Virus record (IMG/VR): IMGVR_UViG_3300027126_000148
Strand: one strand, 5' to 3'
DNA from: an uncultured virus (IMG/VR IMGVR_UViG_3300027126_000148)
Taxonomy: Duplodnaviria; Heunggongvirae; Uroviricota; Caudoviricetes
DNA length: 20,000 bases
Each line of letters begins with the position of its first letter. Within the stretch, counting starts at the first letter, position 1. The translations under genes were made by a program, and so were the position numbers. The notes under the pieces were generated by a model. That model searched no databases. It worked only from the letters and a program-made list of their open reading frames with translations, and had not been told where the DNA came from. Below, piece after piece: positions 8,260-17,464 of the stretch.

Positions 8260-10148
8260 TAGATTTTGCTATGATAGAGCAAACTAGCCATGTAAGAATC
8301 AACTTGATGCTCGCAAGCGATATTATGAATCTCTTCTATTCTCTTTGGGTTTTTATCTACAGGAGTTTCAATGTATTCTCCTATTTTAGAGACCCAATTA
8401 GATTGATCTTCGTTTGCGACAATAACTTTAGTGATATCAAGGACTACTTCTTTTTGTCTTTCATTTAATTTCTTAAGTTTATGTTTTTTCTTTAAGAAAC
8501 CCTCTACTTCTGCTCCTAATTTACTTGTAGCTTCTACAATGTCTTTTAATTTCATGACACTGTAATTAGCTTTAGAAGAGGTGCCGATTGGCTTTACATT
8601 TTTTGTAGTTTGCTTGATGCCTGTGCTTCCTGCTGGTCTACCGGCTGCATCTATTTTTGGTCCACCGATTAAAGGCTGATAATATCCTTTATCTTTTAAG
8701 TCAACAAAAGCTGTTTGAGATTGCACTGACTCATCTGGAGTAGGCAATACTCCAGTTTCAATAGCTTTAAGACCTTCTTCAGGAGTAAGAACCCCAAGCT
8801 CAATAAGGCGAGTATAAATTCTGTTAAGATTTTGATCGCTCTTAAGATCCATATCTTCAAAGAATGGAGTTGGGAATACTTTGAATCCTATTTCTTTAGA
8901 AATCCTCTTAACTTCTGGCAATAAGAAGTCAGTAATAAAAGCTTGGCGAGCCTGTAATAATTTCTGCCCTAATAGAGATACTTTTGTACTAGCATTAGCG
9001 AATTTTTCATTACCAACAAGCACATTATTTAAGCCAATATTAATATCTTTATCGATGATCTCGTATTTCTTTGGATCTAAGATGTCAGCAATTTGAGGAA
9101 TGACGAATTCGGCTTTTGTAGTATAGTCAGCAATCAAGACTCTTCCAATAGACTGATTCGCAAATAAATTTTGCATCGTCTTTAAGTTCTCTTGGTTTAC
9201 TCCACCTTTATCTGGCTCTGCGCCCATTGTGACAAGAAGGATTACTTGCTGAATTGTTCTTGTAAGAGCCATGTCCATACGGCGCATTTCTATTTTTGCG
9301 CTAATATCTTCAAGAACAGGAAAACCCATTGGTACAGCGAAGGGTTCGTAATCTTGTTTCTTGTAGAATACGGCGTAGAACTTCTTTGTGTCTAAATGGA
9401 GCAAAACTGCCGTAGCTTTTCCTTTTAGAACTTGCTCTTTAACTAACGGATCAAGAGAATCCAATATCTCTTTGTCTTCTTCTGTTCTTGGATTTCTAAT
9501 TTGCTCAAGCTCGTAGTCAGTTAGAACCTTATAATACTGTCCTCTATTAAAAGACAAATTACCATTAACCTGAACGTCTGCTGGATTAATGATTATGTAT
9601 CTAGCAGGTAAAGAAACTCTTGCCGCCAAAGCTTGAGAACCGAAAACTTGGCTAATTTTAGACACATCCTCTTCTCTAATGGTAGTATCATATCTATAAA
9701 TAAAAACATTACCAGAACGATAATACTCTCTAAAGAACTTGTCTTGTAATGCAGTAATGTTTATCTTATTAAATAAGGCTTGGAAGAAATCTCTTGCGCT
9801 TTTATTCCCACCTTTAAGATGAATATTGCCGCAAGAAAGCTCTGACATTAGATCAATAGTATTTCTAAATAAACCAAAGTTATAGTAGGCTTTTTGGCAA
9901 AGAATTACTGTATCTCTGACATCAATATTTGATTTATTATAATTATAACCAGTGGCATAGTTAAATGGCACCATGCCGTCATCAATATTGCGAAAACGAT
10001 CTGTTCTCTCAATGGTTGATGCGGCGTTTCTGCGGCTCCTCGTTTCGGTAACTCTGCTTGCTACTCCGCCATGAGCAGGAGTAGAGCCTTCTACCATCAT
10101 TGGGGCGAAAGAATTTTCCGCAACTTTGTCTTTTTTAACCTTTGCCAT
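8259..10148 (-). CDS. Portal protein
   Basis: 629 aa directly downstream of TerL; FRNTIDLMSE...FFREYYRSGNVFIY...YIIINPADV...KKQDYEPFAVP pattern typical of portals. Confidence 0.8.
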   Translation of the reverse strand: MAKVKKDKVAENSFAPMMVEGSTPAHGGVASRVTETRSRRNAASTIERTDRFRNIDDGMVPFNYATGYNYNKSNIDVRDTVILCQKAYYNFGLFRNTIDLMSELSCGNIHLKGGNKSARDFFQALFNKINITALQDKFFREYYRSGNVFIYRYDTTIREEDVSKISQVFGSQALAARVSLPARYIIINPADVQVNGNLSFNRGQYYKVLTDYELEQIRNPRTEEDKEILDSLDPLVKEQVLKGKATAVLLHLDTKKFYAVFYKKQDYEPFAVPMGFPVLEDISAKIEMRRMDMALTRTIQQVILLVTMGAEPDKGGVNQENLKTMQNLFANQSIGRVLIADYTTKAEFVIPQIADILDPKKYEIIDKDINIGLNNVLVGNEKFANASTKVSLLGQKLLQARQAFITDFLLPEVKRISKEIGFKVFPTPFFEDMDLKSDQNLNRIYTRLIELGVLTPEEGLKAIETGVLPTPDESVQSQTAFVDLKDKGYYQPLIGGPKIDAAGRPAGSTGIKQTTKNVKPIGTSSKANYSVMKLKDIVEATSKLGAEVEGFLKKKHKLKKLNERQKEVVLDITKVIVANEDQSNWVSKIGEYIETPVDKNPKRIEEIHNIACEHQVDSYMASLLYHSKI

Positions 10149-10151
10149 AAG

Positions 10152-10169
10152 CCTAATAATTAATTACAC
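10152..10169 (-). promoter_or_regulatory. Candidate late promoter GTGTAATTAATTATTAGG
   Basis: Fills the 24-bp TerL-portal gap; nearly identical to the 514-531 motif. Confidence 0.6.
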
Positions 10170-10172
10170 ATT

Positions 10173-12014
10173 TTAAATTAAAATTGGTGTAAATCCCGCA
10201 GCTACTATTTTATTTTCAGTAGTCATAATGTCATTATAGCATTTAGAGCCCCATTTAGCTAACATTAAAGCAGTATAATTATCTTTTCTTGCTCTATTAG
10301 GAGAATTGGAACGCTTTAAGTGTTGAGGAAGGTCAAAATTAACAGACCCACGGCTGCTGGTAGTGAACTCAACTAGTGAGCATTGCTTCTTAGTGTTATA
10401 GACAAGCAAATCTTGGTGTTCAATTAGGTCTAACTTGTTCCAGTCTTTGTTTTCTTCTACGAAGATTATGTCTTCTGGTATTCTTTTATTTATTTCTTCA
10501 TTAAAGAAGGTTTCGTTAGCTACTGTCTTTGAAGCAAACCAGATTTTCTTATAGTCAATTGCCGCTTGTAGATTTTCATTACCTCTTCTAATGAAGGTAG
10601 TAGTGAATACTTGAGTTACTGCTATTTGTTTATTTTCAAGGTTATATTGACTCTTGGCTTTCTGAACCATCTTTGTGTATTCAATGCCTTCAAGATCGGA
10701 ATCGAAGTCAATAAACTTAATCTTCTCAGACTCTGAGTTTACGAATTGAGATTCATTATAAGTGTTGAAGAAAATATCAGCACCAGCATTATCACATATG
10801 ATATAAACAATATTAAAGCTAGTCATTAAGTAATGAAAGTATTTAATGTGAGTATTTAAACTGCCAAGACCAGCATAAGCATGAACGAGAACGTCATTTT
10901 TGTTTTCTCTGTCTATTTCCAAAATAGCCATTGCAAAATAGTCAGCATTTGGACTGTCGCTCATGTTGGGGTCCATTGCTAAGATATATTGCTTGCCGCT
11001 ATCTCCTCTAATTTGGGAGTGAGGTCTCTCTTCAAACTTAAGAGTGCATTCTTCCATCTTCTTCATGCTGAAGTAAGAGTCGCTACCATCAGTAAATTGA
11101 GCGCAATACTCTCTCAAGAAAGAAGCGTGAGAAGATCCGCCGTTTTGCGCCTCTTCTGTAATTGAAGAATCTATCATCTCTGGAGGAAGAGACTCATAGC
11201 TTAATTGAGAAACGAAATAAGTAGCACTTGTTGGCTCCTTTGAATAAATATTATCGCACCACTCTTTATAAGTCTTATAGAGGTTCTCAAAAGTATAAGA
11301 AGCAGAAGACAGAGCGATCATTTTGGAAGTATTCTTGAACTCCATGCGGTCAGCTTCAGTCATTGCGCCTTGTGCAATTAATTCATTCTCTTGTTCGCGA
11401 ATACTAATACGTTCTTTAATGTCTTGAGGCACGATCAAGAAGGGCATTAATACATTTTTGATGATGTCTTCTGGCAATAAGAGAAACTCATCAAGCACAA
11501 GAACATTAGCGCGGAAACCGCGAATCTTTTCGCCGCTTAGAGGAATAGCTTTTATTGAACCTTCGTTAATTGACCAGTCGTATTCATCATTACGCTTTGA
11601 CTTTGCGCCGAATGCTTGCATCAAAAGGTCTGCGCCTTTAGATTCGGTAATCTTTTCTATTGAATTGAAAATGCTTCTTGCTGTTCTGAAGGTTGGGCCA
11701 GCAATTAAGATTTTGCTCTTAGGTTCAAAGATGCATTGTAGGAAACAAAACACCGCAGCAGAGAAAGATTTAGAAGCACCGCGACCCCACACGTTCATGC
11801 AGAAATTTCGGTTCAACATTCCTTTAATTACAATCTCTTGATAAGGCCATAATTTTATACCAGAAATTAGCTCTGTAGTTATCCCTATATTTGAACGCAA
11901 AAACTTAGCTAAAGTTATCTTAGCTTCCTTATCTTCAAGAGTATCTTTTAGTCTAGAATATTCATCATTTAGATTTGGGATTATTCTATTGTATTTCTCT
12001 GGGGTATACCACAT
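10173..12014 (-). CDS. terL: Terminase large subunit
   Basis: LWPYQ adenine-binding motif, Walker A WGRGASKS, IRGFRANVLVLDEF Walker B, FLREYCAQF, RNase H-like ILAMDPN..DYFA and terminal RKDNYTALMLA. Confidence 0.92.
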   Translation of the reverse strand: MWYTPEKYNRIIPNLNDEYSRLKDTLEDKEAKITLAKFLRSNIGITTELISGIKLWPYQEIVIKGMLNRNFCMNVWGRGASKSFSAAVFCFLQCIFEPKSKILIAGPTFRTARSIFNSIEKITESKGADLLMQAFGAKSKRNDEYDWSINEGSIKAIPLSGEKIRGFRANVLVLDEFLLLPEDIIKNVLMPFLIVPQDIKERISIREQENELIAQGAMTEADRMEFKNTSKMIALSSASYTFENLYKTYKEWCDNIYSKEPTSATYFVSQLSYESLPPEMIDSSITEEAQNGGSSHASFLREYCAQFTDGSDSYFSMKKMEECTLKFEERPHSQIRGDSGKQYILAMDPNMSDSPNADYFAMAILEIDRENKNDVLVHAYAGLGSLNTHIKYFHYLMTSFNIVYIICDNAGADIFFNTYNESQFVNSESEKIKFIDFDSDLEGIEYTKMVQKAKSQYNLENKQIAVTQVFTTTFIRRGNENLQAAIDYKKIWFASKTVANETFFNEEINKRIPEDIIFVEENKDWNKLDLIEHQDLLVYNTKKQCSLVEFTTSSRGSVNFDLPQHLKRSNSPNRARKDNYTALMLAKWGSKCYNDIMTTENKIVAAGFTPILI

Positions 12015-12015
12015 A

Positions 12016-12954
12016 TTATAGCATTTTTAGGTCGTAGCAAAGCTGGAGATCGTATTTAAAAAAGTTCTCATCAGTAGAGAACATCTTTTCTATGATTCGA
12101 ACAGACTCTTTGCGCCCTTTTGCAAATAAGAATTGCACATGGGGATATTTCTGAATCAACTCTCTGACATTATGGAATATAAACTCAGGGTTTACCTTTG
12201 TAGCTTTCTTGTATACATGAGGAAGATAATTAAAAGACAGAGCATTACTTAAACTCTCTTCTACAATGATAACCATGTTAGCTTTGGCTTCGCTGGCTTT
12301 CTCAATCTCTCGACAAAACCTTTCGTAACCGGCGCTTAGTGTTCCAATGAAATCAGAAATAGACTTTCTCTCAAAGTAAAGCTTGCCATCATAACTTGGA
12401 TGACTAAACCCATAGTCTCCAAACTTAAGAGTACGAACTTCAGATGCCATATTAAATATAAACGGCTTCTGCTCTCGCGTATCAATGTAAATGATTGACC
12501 CTTTGGTTTGTAATGGTGCTAAATTATCTAAACTCTCTGGGTATATGTATTTATTTTTAAATCCAAGATCTCCAGTGAACTGATAATAATCACCAAAAAT
12601 TTCTTGTAAGTAAATAACGCTCGGGCTCAAGACACTGCGAAGCTCAACTTGAGATGGAGTATATGCTAGACCTTTCTTTTCTTTTCTCTTGATGAGAAAG
12701 TCTTTGCAGTACTCTTTCTGTTTCTCTAGTGATTGAGCTTTGAGCCAGTTTTTTAGATTATTTTTATTGTTAAAGTCAGTATTAAAGTACTGCTCTTTAT
12801 TCTTGTAAATAATTATGGAGTTATCGAAAGCATCATAGCGAGGATGATGTTGTTGATAGTACTCTATTACTCTTAGTTTGTGAGCTTTGAGATGGCGATT
12901 AAAGTCTGCATCTACCTCATAAGCTTTTTGACATATTTTACATGTTTCAGCCAT
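12016..12954 (-). CDS. C2H2 zinc finger plus ERCC4 (XPF/Mus81-family) nuclease
   Basis: CKIC-x12-HLKAH at the N-terminus; IYIDTREQ...GDY...FERKSISDF...IIVEE is the ERCC4 GDxnERKxxxD signature. Confidence 0.85.
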   Translation of the reverse strand: MAETCKICQKAYEVDADFNRHLKAHKLRVIEYYQQHHPRYDAFDNSIIIYKNKEQYFNTDFNNKNNLKNWLKAQSLEKQKEYCKDFLIKRKEKKGLAYTPSQVELRSVLSPSVIYLQEIFGDYYQFTGDLGFKNKYIYPESLDNLAPLQTKGSIIYIDTREQKPFIFNMASEVRTLKFGDYGFSHPSYDGKLYFERKSISDFIGTLSAGYERFCREIEKASEAKANMVIIVEESLSNALSFNYLPHVYKKATKVNPEFIFHNVRELIQKYPHVQFLFAKGRKESVRIIEKMFSTDENFFKYDLQLCYDLKML

Positions 12955-14065
12955 TTAACACCTCGTCCTCTGAAATTCCTAAGATACGGCACTTGATTTC
13001 ATCCATTGTAGAGAGGCGATCTATTTCATTCTTTACCATCGCCTTTCTCCTTTCAGCAAGTTTTAATAATTGCATACGAGATTCTTCTTCTTTCCACATT
13101 TGAACTAGATTAAGGATGCTGGCGTTCTCTTTTATTTGCTTGCTAAGACGATCACTTCGCTTTACCTTAAGGTCATTAAGAAGTTTTTGTTGGCGAATGG
13201 TCGATTGGTTATATTCGTCTCTTGCTCCACTGATTGCTTCAATGAGAGCCATTGGCAATTTGCCGCCGCCATCAATTTCTACATCAATTTGATTTTGAAG
13301 AGTTTGAATTGTCTCTTGAATATTAGCAGAGATAACTACTTCAGTAGCTAGAACAATGTATTGATCTACTTCTTCTTGAGTGAGGTCTGGTTTATCAAAT
13401 GTATAACGAACAAAAGAGCTTTCAAATAACTCACGATCAATGTTAGAAGAGTAACTATTTATCTGATGCAAGAAACGATAAGTGTGCATGTATCCAATGA
13501 TAGCATTAACAGAAGCCTTCTGGCGTGAAGTGACTTTATCTTTATCAATACCTTCATGAACATACTTGTTGATTCGAAAAAGCATGCGCTCAAAAGTCTT
13601 TGGCGGCATGTATTGAGAATCTGCAAGACTCTCTGTATCTCTTTGTGAGACTGGACCTGCTTGAATTACTTTCTGGTCAAGAGTCTTAATGAAATCAATT
13701 ACAGTACGAGTTTCTTGACTGAGGCTAGTAAGGTTTTGATTATTGAAAATACTTTTAGTAATCTCAAGTGCGCCCATTGAACCTGCATTGTTAGCAGTAA
13801 ACTCTTTTTGTTCTGGAGATAGTTCAATCTTATCTTTTGCCAAGTACTCATACGAAGCCCTTGCTTTAATTTGTCTTGTGGATAAGAACTCTTTAACTTT
13901 CTTGCCGTGCCAACTTCTACCGTCTGCGCCTTCAATGTTAGGAAAAGCAACCCTAACAAGTTCAAGCAAAGAAGGAGGATTAGTAGGGCGATTGTTCCAC
14001 TCATTTAAAATTGCCAGTCGCTGTTGGTCATTAAGTTCTTGAGGTTGGTTTTCATTTTCAGCCAT
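12947..14065 (-). CDS. Probable terminase small subunit or packaging-associated helical protein
   Basis: 372 aa, helical/coiled-coil C-terminus, two genes upstream of TerL with 8-bp overlaps on both sides. Assignment is positional. Confidence 0.45.
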   Translation of the reverse strand: MAENENQPQELNDQQRLAILNEWNNRPTNPPSLLELVRVAFPNIEGADGRSWHGKKVKEFLSTRQIKARASYEYLAKDKIELSPEQKEFTANNAGSMGALEITKSIFNNQNLTSLSQETRTVIDFIKTLDQKVIQAGPVSQRDTESLADSQYMPPKTFERMLFRINKYVHEGIDKDKVTSRQKASVNAIIGYMHTYRFLHQINSYSSNIDRELFESSFVRYTFDKPDLTQEEVDQYIVLATEVVISANIQETIQTLQNQIDVEIDGGGKLPMALIEAISGARDEYNQSTIRQQKLLNDLKVKRSDRLSKQIKENASILNLVQMWKEEESRMQLLKLAERRKAMVKNEIDRLSTMDEIKCRILGISEDEVLNG

Positions 14066-14750
14066 AAATTTCTACTTCTCCATTCACAATGCACTTCTTA
14101 GCTTTTACAAGTATAGAACGCTTTAAGTTCTTTATTTGCTTGTATCCGGGGGAACGATTCTTTTCAGTGGTCTTGAATCCTAGAACTTTTGCAACTTCTT
14201 CTTCTCTCTGATTTCTCAAGCAAAGCATTTCATAAACTATCCACTCTGCTGGCTTTAATACTTTTCTTAATGCTGATGATAAACTCTGAGTACTTCTTAG
14301 AAGGTCAAAACCTTCGTTAGTCATGTCGTGAACTTCTTTAATATGATTCTCAAGAGGGAGGGTTACTTTTGTATTGAAAGCGTCTTTCTTATTGTTTTCC
14401 CAATGAGCATACAAGGGGCACTTCTTACACTGTTCTCCATATATTGAACAAGAATCATCCCACTCTGCCGCCGCACACTTCAAACAAGGTCTGGCATAAT
14501 TACCATAGTTGTTTCTTATAATGTTTTTTATTTGATTGGATATGATAATGTTTAACCAAGGGGCAAGGGGTTTTTTCTGATCGTATAGACTCCATTTTTT
14601 ATAAATATGAATCCTCAATATCTGCTCAACGTCCTCGAAATCAATCCAAGACAATGCGGCAAGGTTCCACTTGTTTTTGCGTTTGCGAATTTCTTCGTCT
14701 ACGATAGCAATGTTCTTTTCAAAGGTTTCTTTTTGGACTTTTTGAGCCAT
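14058..14750 (-). CDS. Phage sigma70-family (ECF-like) sigma factor with a Cys-rich insertion
   Basis: Region 2-like DFEDVEQILRIHIYKKWSLYD...LAPWLNIIISNQIKNIIR; region 4-like LKPAEWIVYEMLCLRNQREEEVAKVLG; CLKC...C...CKKC between them. Confidence 0.75.
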   Translation of the reverse strand: MAQKVQKETFEKNIAIVDEEIRKRKNKWNLAALSWIDFEDVEQILRIHIYKKWSLYDQKKPLAPWLNIIISNQIKNIIRNNYGNYARPCLKCAAAEWDDSCSIYGEQCKKCPLYAHWENNKKDAFNTKVTLPLENHIKEVHDMTNEGFDLLRSTQSLSSALRKVLKPAEWIVYEMLCLRNQREEEVAKVLGFKTTEKNRSPGYKQIKNLKRSILVKAKKCIVNGEVEIYG

Positions 14751-14751
14751 T

Positions 14752-15153
14752 TTATTTTTGCCTTAATGTACCGGCTTCTTTTTTAAACATTTTAAGAGTA
14801 TCTTTTACAGAGAGACCTTCTGCTCCTCTTGCTCCAAAACCTGCCATGCTGTCTGGCATTGTTGCGGCAATCTTTGCAAGAGATTCTTTTCTTGGGCCTT
14901 CCGCTTGATACTCAACTTCTAAACCATTTTTTAAATCAGGAATTGATGCATCATTTTCTTCATCATCGCTTTCATCATCGTCCTGCTCGTCATACTCTTC
15001 TTGAGCGCGAACTTTGTTTTCTCTTGCCTTTTTATCTTGTGGCTTTTCTACGATAACACCATAGAATGCTGTGCCACACGCAGAGCAAAACTTTGGCTTT
15101 GCTTGAGCGTACAAATTAGGATTTCCACATTGAGAGCAGTAAATTTTTTGCAT
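14752..15153 (-). CDS. Zinc-ribbon protein with an acidic tract
   Basis: YCSQCG...KFCSACG followed by a D/E run. Confidence 0.75.
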   Translation of the reverse strand: MQKIYCSQCGNPNLYAQAKPKFCSACGTAFYGVIVEKPQDKKARENKVRAQEEYDEQDDDESDDEENDASIPDLKNGLEVEYQAEGPRKESLAKIAATMPDSMAGFGARGAEGLSVKDTLKMFKKEAGTLRQK

Positions 15154-15166
15154 AATTCATTAATTT

Positions 15167-15195
15167 ATTATAGTTTAATAACGGTAAAAAAGCAA
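15167..15195 (-). promoter_or_regulatory. Sigma70 promoter TTGCTT-N17-TATAAT for the zinc-ribbon/sigma/terminase operon
   Basis: Plus strand AAGCAA 15190-15195 and ATTATA 15167-15172, 17-bp spacer. Confidence 0.65.
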
Positions 15196-15211
15196 GTGTA
15201 ATTGTAATAGA
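15196..15211 (+). promoter_or_regulatory. Candidate late promoter GTGTAATTGTAATAGA
   Basis: Motif starts 16 nt before the ATG at 15212 and abuts the divergent -35 box. Confidence 0.5.
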
Positions 15212-15487
15212 ATGAAGTATTCATTTAAGAATTACGAAAAAGTTGAATACACCATTAATTGGGTCAAACCCCCTAAAGGGTGCTACGGTATATGCGATTC
15301 CCCAGAGATGGAGAATCCAAAGATAAAGATTGACCCTAAATTAACCAAACAAAAGACAGTCAACATTCTAATACATGAAGTATTACACGCATTTTTCTGG
15401 CAAGAATCAGAAACAAAAGTAACTAAATGCGCGAACACTTTATCAAGACTCATCCACCAAAGGATGAAACAAAAGTTTAATGAATGA
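15212..15487 (+). CDS. Small HExxH zinc metallopeptidase-like protein
   Basis: YGIC...IKIDPKL...ILIHEVLHAFF...E. Confidence 0.7.
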   Translation: MKYSFKNYEKVEYTINWVKPPKGCYGICDSPEMENPKIKIDPKLTKQKTVNILIHEVLHAFFWQESETKVTKCANTLSRLIHQRMKQKFNE

Positions 15488-16199
15488 TTGACTTGTATTT
15501 AGTAATCTTATCAACAATAAAGCGAGTAATACCACTTCTCATAATATCTTCTTGCCCAAGCTTAAAGTATTGAATGCCATTGTCTCGGCTATCTTGGTCT
15601 TGGAAGATATCACAGAACTCTTTGAACCCAGACTTCTTGCCTAGGTCATTTTGCATAATAGTATCACCACAAATAAATAGCTTACTAAATTTACCCATTC
15701 GGGTTGCCGCCGTTACAAGAGAATCAAACATCATGTTCTGACCCTCATCCAAAATAACGGAATTAACGTTAAAGGTATAGCCGCGAAGCAGAGAAACAGG
15801 GTAAGTTTTGATCCTTTCTTGCTTATTTAGTAATTCGATGCTGGATTTATTTAGTAATTCTTCTAGCTTATCAAATAGAGGTACGTTATAGAAGAAAGTC
15901 TTTTCGTCTAAGTCGCCAGTTAAGAAGCCAGTTTGACCATCTGTGCTTTGAATTAGGGATCGGATATATACAATATCAGAAATCTTTTTAGCCTTTAGTA
16001 ATTCTAGCGAGCAATAAACACTCAGTAGAGTCTTGGCTGTGCCGGGAAGCCCATCTAGAATGATTATATTAGTAGACTTGTCTAAGGCCGCTTGAATAAT
16101 TTGTTCTTGTTTCGGGGTCCATTTTAATTTACGAATTTCAAAGTCATCTTTTACTTTGTCTTTTTGAGAAACGTGGGGGGAGTTATCTTTTTTTGACAT
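15477..16199 (-). CDS. phoH: PhoH family ATPase
   Basis: GLPGTAKT P-loop, GFLTGDLDEK, LRGYTF, ILDEGQN, TRMG, CGD..QNDL, DIMRS. Confidence 0.92.
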   Translation of the reverse strand: MSKKDNSPHVSQKDKVKDDFEIRKLKWTPKQEQIIQAALDKSTNIIILDGLPGTAKTLLSVYCSLELLKAKKISDIVYIRSLIQSTDGQTGFLTGDLDEKTFFYNVPLFDKLEELLNKSSIELLNKQERIKTYPVSLLRGYTFNVNSVILDEGQNMMFDSLVTAATRMGKFSKLFICGDTIMQNDLGKKSGFKEFCDIFQDQDSRDNGIQYFKLGQEDIMRSGITRFIVDKITKYKSIIH

Positions 16200-16208
16200 T
16201 TTAATTAG

Positions 16209-16240
16209 CCTTACTATTTTAATTACATGTATTATATATA
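16209..16240. promoter_or_regulatory. Overlapping divergent ATGTA motifs (palindrome TACATGTA 16224-16231)
   Basis: Minus strand ATGTAATTAAAATAGTAAGG before phoH; plus strand ATGTATTATATATA directly before the ATG at 16241. Confidence 0.45.
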
Positions 16241-16582
16241 ATGAGGAACAAATTTCAAGTTACAGTTGTGAACCCCAAGACTTGCAGGAAGAAGATTCGT
16301 TGTGAGGGGTGCGAACTGGCGTATAGTAAAGAGGATTATTTATTATTCTTCACTGTTCGTAAGCTTGTTTATTTTAATATGATTGCTGAAGATGGGAAGC
16401 AAATGAAGATTTGCGACTCTTGTTTAGTGTCTCTCGCTTCGATGACTTGCGCGAAATATGATTTACCATATATTACTATTATAATTAAAGGCGAGGAAAA
16501 TACAAAACAAATAAATATCGAGTATAGTGGAGACAAATCTTTTGAGCAAGAATTACTAAAAGTCTTTAACAAGATCAATTAA
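16241..16582 (+). CDS. Hypothetical Cys-rich protein (CEGC...CDSC)
   Basis: 113 aa ORF filling the gap; two CxxC motifs. Confidence 0.6.
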   Translation: MRNKFQVTVVNPKTCRKKIRCEGCELAYSKEDYLLFFTVRKLVYFNMIAEDGKQMKICDSCLVSLASMTCAKYDLPYITIIIKGEENTKQINIEYSGDKSFEQELLKVFNKIN

Positions 16583-17068
16583 TTTTTGCCGCGATTCTTC
16601 TGTTCTCTGATCTGGAGTAGTGATATTTTTATAATACTGCATTACTCCAATCATAGAATTAATATTGTTTTTATTTTTTAATGCATTACCTTCGAAAGAG
16701 ACAATCTTAACATTGTCTGGTACATAGCCCTTATTTGGGTCTATCCTATCTAATGATGCAGATCTTTTATTATCTACTCCTGACTTATATAGTATTTCGC
16801 AGCCCAAAATGGGGCAGATATTATTTTTAATCTTTATTAAATCCGCAAGAGTGAGGTTGAACTCTATATTTTTCTTTTTTGAACGCATCTTGGCGGCTCT
16901 CAATATTACTTTTCTTAAATAGTAATTTTCGCCATCCATAGGGTCTTCCATTTTTTCCTTTTGTCTCTCGTATTCTAGAGAATAACAACAAGTATTGCAC
17001 TTGTCTTTTGATCTACTGAATTCTGTATCTTCTTTCTCAGCTTGACACACAGAACATTTGATTAACAT
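16556..17068 (-). CDS. HNH-like endonuclease with an N-terminal zinc-binding region
   Basis: CSVC...CNTC, FNLT..DL...CPILG, SASLDRIDPNKGYVPDNVKIVS..N..K. Confidence 0.75.
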   Translation of the reverse strand: MLIKCSVCQAEKEDTEFSRSKDKCNTCCYSLEYERQKEKMEDPMDGENYYLRKVILRAAKMRSKKKNIEFNLTLADLIKIKNNICPILGCEILYKSGVDNKRSASLDRIDPNKGYVPDNVKIVSFEGNALKNKNNINSMIGVMQYYKNITTPDQRTEESRQKLIDLVKDF

Positions 17069-17083
17069 TAGATATATCTACAC
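17069..17083 (-). promoter_or_regulatory. Candidate late promoter GTGTAGATATATCTA
   Basis: Motif starts 15 nt before the ATG at 17068. Confidence 0.45.
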
Positions 17084-17415
17084 AAGCTATATCTAAAAAA
17101 GGTATTTTTTGGGAAGGGCTCCGGGGATTTTTTGACCTTGCAAACTCTTCAGGTCTTCCTTTTGGTCTTATTTTTTGAGAAATAGGGGGGTCTTATATAG
17201 GGATAGATATTAATACATAGACAGATAGAATAGTAAGTATTTAGTAATTAAGGATAGAATGATAGATTCTTTTAATTGGTATATTAATAAAAGAAGGTTT
17301 TATTGATTAAGGGCAGAATGATTTTTAGACCCCCCCGCCCCCGTATTTGAAAAGTCTCTGGCAATATTTTCATAAATTGGGGGCAATGTCAATAGCATTT
17401 TCTGGCAATCTTCGC

Positions 17416-17445
17416 AAAAAAAATCCCCCTCTTTCGAAGGGGATT
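17416..17445 (-). terminator. Rho-independent terminator of 17465..17890
   Basis: Minus strand AATCCCCTTC-GAAA-GAGGGGGATT followed by a T-run. Confidence 0.85.
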
Positions 17446-17464
17446 CGATTGACTTTCGCTCGCC

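Noticed and set aside
368..15201. Short plus-strand and alternate-frame ORFs inside the late module (e.g. 368, 1477, 1709, 1993, 3490, 4058, 4174, 5449, 8271, 8881, 9192, 11458, 13136, 13699, 13743, 14829, 15001)
   Set aside because: Shadow frames overlapping well-supported genes, with no recognisable motifs.
17357..17415. TGGCAAT sequences as extra sigma-54 boxes
   Set aside because: No GC at the required 10-nt spacing.
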